Assembly: GCF_006345805.1 (NCBI RefSeq)
Contig: NC_042998.1
Span: 36,146,001-36,210,000, forward strand
DNA: 64,000 nucleotides
Origin: Octopus sinensis
Lineage: Eukaryota
Direction: 5' to 3'
The position numbers and the translations under genes are program-made. Positions within the stretch are counted from its first letter, which is position 1, and each line of letters opens with the position of its first letter. Of the stretch, positions 55,129-64,000 are shown in pieces. The notes under the pieces were generated by a model, which saw nothing but the letters and a program-made list of their open reading frames with translations, was not told the DNA's origin and ran no database searches.

Positions 55129-55946
55129 TAATAATAAAGGTACATGACGACTTAAAAATATACACAACACGCGGCAAATGACACAACTAAGTGTTGCGCA
55201 CATATCACGCAAAATATTTTGAATGCAGTTGAAAATACAAAATCAAAACGAAACATTGTACATATCGAAAGGCCCACAGGACTGTTCACTGTTGTGTAGT
55301 GAAAGCACTTAATAAAAACAAATAAAAATAAATATATGGTAAAAAGAAATGAAAAATAATAATAATAATAATAATGATAATAAAGAGAAAAAGATAAAAT
55401 AGATAATGATGATAAGTATGGGAAAAGTAGAAAAATAGAAAATATCCATTTGCAATTATCTGCATCTCCGGTGAGGTATGTTGCTGCAATAAGTCACCTA
55501 ATGGATTGCATGCCAATACCGTGGAATCCAGGTCAGGTTCTTATATTGGAACTGCAAACCTGTGAATGAAGTAATAATAATTTCTTTGAGATTGATGTGA
55601 GGCCGATTATGTAAAAGAATCGATAAGACTGTTTGGATCGAATCCAGCATTTGGTTTGAAACTCGTTTTATTAACCCGTAGTCAACGACCATTTTGGCTG
55701 GGTCTGTACACACACACACACACACACGCACACACACAGAGGCAGACACATACATACACAAACACACGCCCTGACGCATACACGCATACACATGCACACA
55801 CACAGAGGCAGACACACAGAGGCATGCACACAGACACATTCACACATACACGCCCACACGAGCACATACACACAGAGGCCAACAGGCACACACACATACA
55901 CACGCACACACGCACACACATACACGCACACACACACACACACACA

Positions 55947-56312
55947 CGCAGACGCGCACGCAGGCGCGCACACACACGCAGGCGCGCACACACACGCAGG
56001 CGCGCACACACACGCAGGCGCGCACACACACGCAGGCGCGCACACACACGCAGGCGCGCACACACACGCAGGCGCGCACACACACGCAGGCGCGCACGCA
56101 GGCGCGCACACACACGCAGGCGCACACACACACGCAGGCGCGCACACACACGCAGGCGCGCACACACACGCAGGCGCGCACACACACGCAGGCGCGCACA
56201 CACACGCAGGCGCGCACACACACGCAGGCGCGCACACACACGCAGGCGCGCACACACACGCAGGCGCGCACACACACGCAGGCGCGCACACACACGCAGG
56301 CGCGCACACACA
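55947..56312. repeat. 18-bp GC-rich minisatellite (gcaggcgcgcacacacac), about 20 copies
   Basis: Direct observation; embedded in (CA)n. Confidence 0.95.
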
Positions 56313-56954
56313 CGCTGGCGCATACACACGCTGTTGCATACATACACGCACACACGCACAGAGGCAGATGCACAGAAGCACGCACTCATACACAGTGACG
56401 CATAAAGGCACACACACATACACACGCGCACTCACGCACACACGCACACACATGCACACAGACACTTATGCAAACACACACAAACGATACAAACAACGCA
56501 TCCCTTTGGTTCTCTCTTTCGCAAAAGTTGGTAGAATAAAGGCAAGATATGATTTTTACTAAAAGAAGAAATCCCTGCAAGCAGAGTCTGCAGCACCAGA
56601 CACATTAAATACAAAGAAACACGGATGCATGTATGGATGCGTGTATGTAATAACAGGATAATGAATCTAATAATTATTGTTATATTTCGGAATGGTAATT
56701 TTTCCAGTTTAGCCAATAAAAACACACACACTATATATTTCGTGTTACTTTGCTTCAGTGTTATTTATTTTTTACATTAATCTTAATCTTATTTCGGCCA
56801 GAGTTCTTTCGTCACACTCCTGTGACCGCGTCAGTGGTCCTTTGTTTTCTTCTTTCTTATTTGTGTCTCTCCTTACTAACCGTCAGCCATTTTGTATTTC
56901 TAGTGTATGTCTTCATTTGCGAAATAAGATTAAGATTAATGTAAAAAATAAATA

Positions 56955-57100
56955 ACACTTAGCGGTTCGGCAAAAGAGACCGATAGAATAAGTACTGGGC
57001 TTACAAAGAATAAGTCCCGAGGTCGATTTGCCCGACTAAAGGCGGTGCTCCAGCATGGCCGCAGTCAAATGACTGAAACAAGTAGGAGTAAGAGAGTAAG
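56955..57100 (+). mobile_element. SINE family A 3' half
   Basis: cttagcggttcggcaaaagagaccgatagaataagtact...gactgaaacaagta. Confidence 0.85.
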
Positions 57101-57349
57101 AGTAACACTGAAGCAAAGTAACACGAAATATATAGTGCGTGTGTTTTTATTGGCTAAACTGGCAAAATGACCATTCCGAAATATAACAATATCCGTTTCA
57201 ACACACGACTTCACATAAAAAATCTTGCACAACAAATATATAAACGAATCTAATAATGATTTCAAATTTTGGCACAAGGCCAGCAATCTCAGGGAAAGTG
57301 GCAAAGACGATTGCATCGACCTGCTACAAGGTCATATTACTCATTGTGG

Positions 57350-57570
57350 TTCATATATCGAGTAAATAGGATCCCATCATACTAGCCAATGAGGCAACCT
57401 CTACATGGTTATTCGATCTGCTAGAAACACCAGCCAAACCTACTTTAATTCATTCTTTACTCTTAAAAATAGACATATTGGATTTATTTGGATTTATGGC
57501 CCGACATAAAATATGCGCGGGAAAAGGAAATGATGGTCAAAGCTGGAACGTCTTTGCTCATACAGCTGCA
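57350..57570 (+). repeat. ~215-bp direct repeat, copy 2
   Basis: Near-identical to 53445-53665. Confidence 0.9.
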
Positions 57571-57849
57571 AATATTACTTATATTACTCATTGCATTTAA
57601 AAAGGAGGAGATGCATATTGGTTGATGTAATGCTAAAAGAATTGTCTAATGGAAAGGAAATCGAAACCGCGTTTCTACGACCGTGAGTCCGCTGCCCTAA
57701 CCACTGGGCCATTGCGCCTCCACTACCGTTGTGTTGCTGTTGCTGGAGTTGTCGTTGCTGGCGTTGTCGTTGCTGCTGCTGCCTCTGATATCTCTGTCTT
57801 TGGTATTGTTGTTCTTGTTTTCGCGTGTGTAGATTTTCTTACACACTAT

Positions 57850-58120
57850 TTTAGATAGGAGGCCTTCAGGCAATTTTGTTACCACATTACTGGCAAATAG
57901 GTCTTGTACTCGCCTCCATTCGGCAGGCTGAATATATTGGGGACTTCTAGGCCCTGCTGGTCCGTTGGGATCATGAGTTCCACTCTTATTTCCGTCTAGT
58001 TCTCCTTGCGTAGCTTGTGTGCTTCCAGAATATTTATTCTGGTCTCGCAGCCTGCTATGACGTCTGCCACCACCCAGCAAACGTTGGCCTCATACATTAG
58101 ATACTCTCCAGCTGAGATAT
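57850..58120 (-). mobile_element. Possible RTE-like LINE 3' remnant
   Basis: Only fragmentary resemblance (CRM...TRP...RPPI*NSV*ENL) to the RTE C-terminal RM...RP...W...V..DL pattern. Confidence 0.25.
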
Positions 58121-58494
58121 ATGTTATGTGGACCAGCTTCTCACTTTTATAAGATTACGTGAATACGTTTTCTCTTCTGTTTTGGTCGGAAACCTAACTT
58201 CTACTGCGCTGAAATTTCTTTCCAAATCAGTTTTGAGGCCCAAGACTGGTTTCAGGCAGCCTTCTATTTGAGTCCCTTTCTATTTGGGCATTTGTATTTG
58301 TTTTGATTTCTGCTTTCTTCCAAAAATGGTATCTTCAGAGATATTTCGCTTCCAAATTTTTGTACACCATATAATTCACTCCTGACCAACTTTTTCCCAT
58401 TAGCTTATTTTTTTTCAAAGCTCGAGCTGAGTTTACGGCGAATAGCTGCCTCGTAGAGATCTCAGGAATAACTTCATTGCTGTCTCCACTCGTG

Positions 58495-59125
58495 GTTGCT
58501 GCTGTTGCTGTTGAGCGAACGGTCTTCGTCCCTGTAGTGGGAGAAGTCTGAAACGTGGTCCTTTGCTATTCGTAAGACCCGCAGAAGAGAAAGCAGGTCA
58601 ACGCCCGACACCGAGAGCATCGACGGATGGATGAATGCGCATCCAGGCTCAGCGGTTGCGTAGGAAGTCGGGGACAAGAAACAGGAAGAAAGAGTGAGAG
58701 AAAGTTGGGGCGAAAGAGTACAAAGAGGCGCCCCCCCCTTCCGGAGCATCGTGGAGCTTTAGGTGTTTTCGCTCAATAAACACATACAACGCCCGGTCTG
58801 GGAATCGAAACCGCGATCCTCCGACCGCGAATCCGCTGCCCTAACCACTGGGTGGCGACCCCTGTTGTACTCTTTCGCTCCAACTGTCTCTCACTCTTTC
58901 TTCCTGTTTCTTGTCGCCGACTTCCTACGCAACCGCTGAGCCTGGATGCGCATTCATCCATCCGTCGATGCTCTCGGTGTTGGGGGTTGACCTGCTTTCT
59001 CTTCTACGGGTCTTACGAATAGCAAAGGACCACGTTTCGGACTTCTCCCACTACAGACAATCCTGAAGCGCGATCTTGCGAGCTCTGGGACGAAGACCGC
59101 TTCGCTCAACAATCAAGCAGCAACA
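58495..59125. mobile_element. Head-to-head inverted pair of a fourth tRNA-derived SINE (family D)
   Basis: Minus copy 58495-58852 has the tRNA head cccagtggttagggcagcggattcgcggtcggaggatcgcggtttcgattccc; plus copy 58853-59125 is 5'-truncated; both end in (CAA/CAG)n. Confidence 0.85.
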
Positions 59126-59599
59126 GCAACAATAATAACAACAACAACGGTTTCTGATTTAGGCAGGAGACCAACAAGTTTGAGCAGCGATGGAGCTTAG
59201 TCGAAGCCATGGATTCCAAGAATACGGCGAGGATTTTCTTTTATCGAAATTCAGAGGATGAACGGCCGAGTTGAGTTGTAGGCATTCGACACAATCAAAT
59301 TGAAAGTTAGTTCTAGAAGAATCGTATTTAATTTGATACCTGAAACAATAGACAGAGTAATACTTTACGGAGCCGCCATGTTATCTATATCAACGACACG
59401 TCAAGGAACGAAATATAGAGAGATATAATCGCAGAGTATTCTTTACCTGTAAGATCAACAACCTCCCCCAAAGCAACTTGATTTAACAAATAGACTGAAT
59501 GCCAAAAAAAAAGGCTTCCTATTCTTCCTCTTGACCTACATCTTCGTACTCTTGCCGCCCTTTTTATTGGATCTTCTCTATCTCGTTTTCCTTCCTCTC

Positions 59600-59609
59600 G
59601 TCGTCGTCC

Positions 59610-59641
<32 letters not shown>

Positions 59642-60587
59642 CTTCTTCTTCTTCTTCTTCTTCTTCTCAATGGAAGAATTTTCATTCTTATTTCTCTCCC
59701 TCTTATCATCCACACCCCCTCCAACAAACCTCCTCCTCGCATTCATAACCACCACGAGCACGACCTGCATCTAAACCGCAATCACCCTCGCCCCTCCCCC
59801 AACAGCACCCTCAAAGCCGCCGCCATTGTTACCAAAAATTCTACCATCATCATTGTATGATTGTTGTCATCCACATTGTCCTCATTCTCTACCTCCCCAT
59901 TTCTTCTTCTTCTTCTTCTTCTTCTTCTTCTTCTCCACTTCCTCTCTTCCTCTCTTCTCTCTCCTCTCTCCTCCTCCTCCTCCTCCTCCTCTTTCTCCGC
60001 TTCCTCCTCCTTTATTTCCTCCTCCTCCTCCTTCCTTTACTTCCTTCCTCCCTCCTACTTCTGCTCCTCCTCCTCCTTTCTTTCCTCCTCCTTTCTTTCC
60101 TCCTCCTCGTCCTTCCTTTCCTTCCTTCCTCCTCCTCCTGCTCCTGCATCTCCTCCTTCTCTTGCTCTTCTTCCTCCTCCTTCTCCTCCTCCTCCTCCTC
60201 CCCTTCCTTCCTCCTCCTGCTCCTGCCTCTCTTCCTTCCTCCTCCTCTTCCTCATCCTCCCTTTCCTTCTTCCTCTTGCTCCTGCCTCTCGTCCTTCCTC
60301 GTCCTTCTCTTCCTCCTCCTCCCTTTCCTTCCTCCTCCTGCTCCTGCCTCTCGTCCTTCCTCCTCCTCCCCCCTTTCCTTCTTCCTCTTGCTCCTGCCTC
60401 TCGTCCTTCCTCCTCCTCTTCCAACCTCCCCCTCCTCCCATTCTTCGCCAAATACATAAGCCCTTATAGTTTCTTTTGTCTTTTTGCTTCATTTCGTCTC
60501 ATGCAACTTCATTCTTAGCCGCCTTTTTCTCCACTCCGCAACATCAGGCTACTACAACAACAACGACAACAACCGCTGCTGCTGCTG

Positions 60588-60642
<55 letters not shown>

Positions 60643-61225
60643 ATCTGTATTTTCCTTCTCTTTTGCTTTTATATTCTTAATCACTTGCACAATCCACCGC
60701 CACCACAACCACCACCACCACAATAACACTAGCAACAGTATTACATCCGATAGAACCACTACCACCGCCACCACCACTACCACCGCCACCACCACTACCA
60801 CCGCCACCACCACGAACACCATCACCACCACCTCAACATCCTCAACCACCACCATCAACAACAACACTAACAACAGTATTACATCGAATAAACTACCACC
60901 ACCACCACAACAACTACCGCCGCCACCACCACCACAACCACCACTACCACTGCCATCCCCAGCACCTTCACCGCCATCCCCACCACCACCACCGTCTTCA
61001 TCATTGTCGTTTCCTATTCGTTGTCGCCATCACCATCGCTGACAGCAACAACCCCATCACGACCATACCTTCAGAGTTAACACCGCAAAATCTCATTGTC
61101 CTTATGATAATAATAATGATGATAATAATAATAATAATAATATAATAATAATAATAATAATAATTATCGTTATTGTTGTCGTTGTTGTTCTAATAGTCGT
61201 CACCACCACTCTCATTACCACCACC

Positions 61226-61257
<32 letters not shown>

Positions 61258-61270
61258 TTTAAAACTAAAT
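59600..61270. repeat. Succession of trinucleotide tracts, including a ~560-bp polypyrimidine (CCT/CTT) tract at 59880-60440
   Basis: (GTT),(CTT),(CCT),(ACT),(ACC),(AAT) runs; internal repeats of ttcctcctcctgctcctgcctctcgtccttcc. Confidence 0.95.
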
Positions 61271-61806
61271 TTCTGAGTTAATTACATCTGAGATTTGCGG
61301 CAACAAATGGATTTTGGGAAGGACAATTCTCTTTGGATTAAAGCATTCAACGACTGTAACGCCATTCTATACAACGGTGTGCGCACGCACGCACGCACGC
61401 ACGCACGCGCGCACACACACACCAATAACAACAGTAACAACAACAACAACAACAGCTGCAGTAGCAGCAGCAGCAGCTATGGTGGTAATAAATAAGACGA
61501 CACTTGCCATTAACAGTCATTGTGTTTATATTCTTTTAAAATACTAATTTATGTTTCTATTAGAAAAACGACATTTTCATGTGTTGGATTTATTCATCTG
61601 TGAGAGGAAAAGATTCCTCACACAAATGCAAAAACAAACAAAACGAACTGAAGCAGAAACAAGACAAAGGTTAAATTTCGTCAACATTAGCGAAGACTGG
61701 CCTTCATTGCATGCTCCGCTACAAGACAGCTCTTTCTCCAACCCCCACCTCTCTCTCTCTCTCTCTCTGGTTCTGCATTGAAGTTTTTTCTTTAAAATTT
61801 ATATAT

Positions 61807-61839
<33 letters not shown>

Positions 61840-62289
61840 GTTGTGGTGGTGGTGGTGGTGGTGGTGATGATGATATGATCACCGTCATCCTCAACTTCGC
61901 AATCTTCGTGGTTGACATCCTCGTCATCATCATTATCATCATCATGGTCGTCGTCGTCGTCGTCGTCATCATAGTCATCAACATTTGTTATTCAGGTCTA
62001 ATGAAATAAATTGAAGAAATCTATTTCCAAAATTACAAAGAATTCATAATATTTCCGAAAATGTGCATACATCAATACTTTTGACGCAAAATTCAAGAGA
62101 ATATTCCAACGATATTTATAAATTCTTTTGGAAGAAACGTTAGGGTATCAGAAAAAATGATTAGCGTCATTTCTTCGAGCTCTTCACGTTTCGAGTTTCA
62201 AATCTCGCCGAGGTCAACTTCACCTTTCATCATTTCCTCCTAAAATTGCTGGCTTTGTATTAAAATTTAGAACCATGGAATTCCAGACC

Positions 62290-63100
62290 GTTTTCAAACT
62301 TTTCTCAGAGTTTGGCATCATAATAAAAGGGTTCCATTCCTTTCTTTGCTAGAAATCTCCGTGCTCCTTCTAGCAGTATAAAAATTCTTAAGTCCTCTAC
62401 TCACAGCTCTCTCCCAGACTGGAGAATGTGGTCGATAGCAGTTCGATATATATGGCATTGCCATTTATAGATCTAGTGGTGGGTAACAGCGATGACTTTC
62501 TCGAGGAAATACTGGGTGTCGACAAGGACGAACTAGCTGATCTGTTTCAGAAGACTTTCAGGTCGGGAACTACCATGGATAACGTCCAGAAACCTCTGCT
62601 CTGGTAATGCTACTGAATGATACTGCCTGCATGAGATAAATTCTACAGGAACGAAACTATAGGTCTGTGCCCGATATGCGCAGAGAAGAACAAAACCTTA
62701 CTGCATAACCCGTGCTGTACCCGATCATTACTGACTTGTTAAGTCGAACAGATGATGTCGCAAGTAGAGCAAACCCGAAAATCGGCTAATGTCATGGTAA
62801 AGATCGCTCACCTTTAACAAGACAGGGCATGCGGCGTTCTTCCGTTTAGTAGCTATGGCGAGAAGGGTTGTGTGGGGAACAAGGATAAAAGGGCTGACAA
62901 AAGATACCTTTATGTTCAGTGAAGACCTCAACGACTTTTAAAAGTTCAATTTGGAAACGAAAGAGGGGATGGAGAGAGAGAAAACTGCTCTCTCTCTCTC
63001 TGTTTCATGAATTTGTTAAATGGTGGGTGAATGTGACGGAAATGTCAGGGTAAATGAAAGTATTCTAATAATGTCCATTTAGATTGAAGAACAAAAGTTG
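62290..63100 (+). mobile_element. Tx1/L1-clade LINE ORF2 3' end, decayed
   Basis: DFLEEILGVDKDELADLFQKTF...MDNVQKPLLW*CY*MILPA*DKFYRN...CPICAEKNKTLLH (zinc knuckle)...FRLVAMARRVVWGTRIKGLTKDTF...FVKWWVNV. Confidence 0.75.
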
Positions 63101-63950
63101 AACCTTTGTATATTTATGCTTCTATTATCATATGGTGTTGCAAAGTCTATAATCTTAAACTGCTTTTGTTTTCTGCAACAACATCCGGTCTTCTTGCTTC
63201 AAGTGTATGGTTGGTCTTTATGGGGAAACCCCTTAAAATCCTGTTATTACATCACACCTTCAAGTTCATGATCGTACCATTTTTCGGCTGCTTTGAATCC
63301 GCACACTCGGTTAAGATCCTAATGCATTCTTTAACCGACACAGTCATGCCTTCTTTTATGCTGGTTGTTGTGCTAGTTTATGGCATTTACTTCTGTACTT
63401 GCTCTCCGCAGCTTCCAAGTTCTTTGATCTAATTCATGTAGCTCTGTCTTTGTCCATAGCAGATGAGTATCTTAATACTGGCACGGCCCTGTATTCTTGG
63501 TTTGATAAAATTTCCTCCATTTAATTGCATTTCGATTACCTTCTTAAATCTTCTCGTCTTCTCTTTAGAGGCTTTCTTATTTCTCCTTCCATTAGCCTAA
63601 CATCCTGCAGCATCCCTACCTACTTGTATGCCTAATTATTTCTGAACAATCCAACGATATGATCTTGTGGTAATTTTATACGATAAGTGTTTATATTTCG
63701 GCCTCTCTTCATAATTAATACTGGTCACTGATTCGCCCCAAACTGCAAAGTAGAAGGATATTGATAGGCGATTTCCAGGCCTCCGATTTCATCTGCATGC
63801 TTGTCAGACGGTTTAACACAATGATGAGAATTAATAGAAAGCGTGGGTGCACCCGGAAGATCTTGCAATTCATTCTGCGCATGTTACTTCTACTTTCTAT
63901 AAGATGCAGATGTTGCACACATCAGTAAACTTACAAAGGATCCTCGAATC
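63100..63950 (-). mobile_element. R4/Dong-like LINE: RT C-terminal part joined by an internal deletion to the RLE domain
   Basis: KIF...LILIIVLNRLTSM...INILLL; AYK*VGMLQD; RRFKKVIEMQLNGGNFIK...AVPVLRYS...WTKTELHELDQRT; then AAEKWYDHELEGV...IKTNHTLEARRPDVV...KIIDFATPYDNR. Confidence 0.75.
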
Positions 63951-64000
63951 ATTTACCTGGATACTGAGGGTGCAATGTGTGTTAAAGTGGTAGGCAGGAG

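Noticed and set aside
55656-56562. 250-aa ORFs with HTRRRA / APACVC / RVCARL repeats
   Set aside because: They are translations of the stop-free 18-bp minisatellite on both strands; there is no codon or splice evidence.
59440-59460. AG|GT recursive splice site on the minus strand (ttacag gtaaag)
   Set aside because: Weak polypyrimidine tract and no evidence that the region is a transcribed intron.
59826-61042. Pro/Ser/Glu/Thr-rich ORFs resembling extensins or mucins
   Set aside because: They derive from trinucleotide tracts open in several frames on both strands.

Overview
Eukaryotic, AT-rich, microsatellite-saturated non-coding DNA. The SINE families and repeat style resemble a coleoid cephalopod, probably Octopus; this is an inference from my recognition of the repeats, not a database result. 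I found no intact host-gene exon. The window is a transposable-element graveyard: a Penelope-like retroelement 3' end with a GIY-YIG endonuclease (1-1110, minus), two nearly full-length decayed mariner transposons with TIRs (10834-12086 plus; 16761-17965 minus), several R4/Dong-type restriction-like-endonuclease LINE fragments, CR1-group and Tx1/L1 LINE fragments, a Helentron-type non-autonomous element, four tRNA-derived SINE families and a palindromic MITE-like family. It also has many long fold-back structures, a ~2.8-kb purine/pyrimidine-alternating satellite next to a 100-N gap, an 18-bp GC-rich minisatellite and long trinucleotide tracts. Almost all long ORFs in the supplied track are repeat artefacts. 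Most worth follow-up: the Penelope-like EN with a ~125-codon insertion between its GIY and YIG motifs and a TGA at a CxC cysteine; a tRNA-headed, hammerhead-like-tailed element in a head-to-head dimer; telomeric repeats replacing mariner sequence; and a perfect 119-bp inverted repeat pair.
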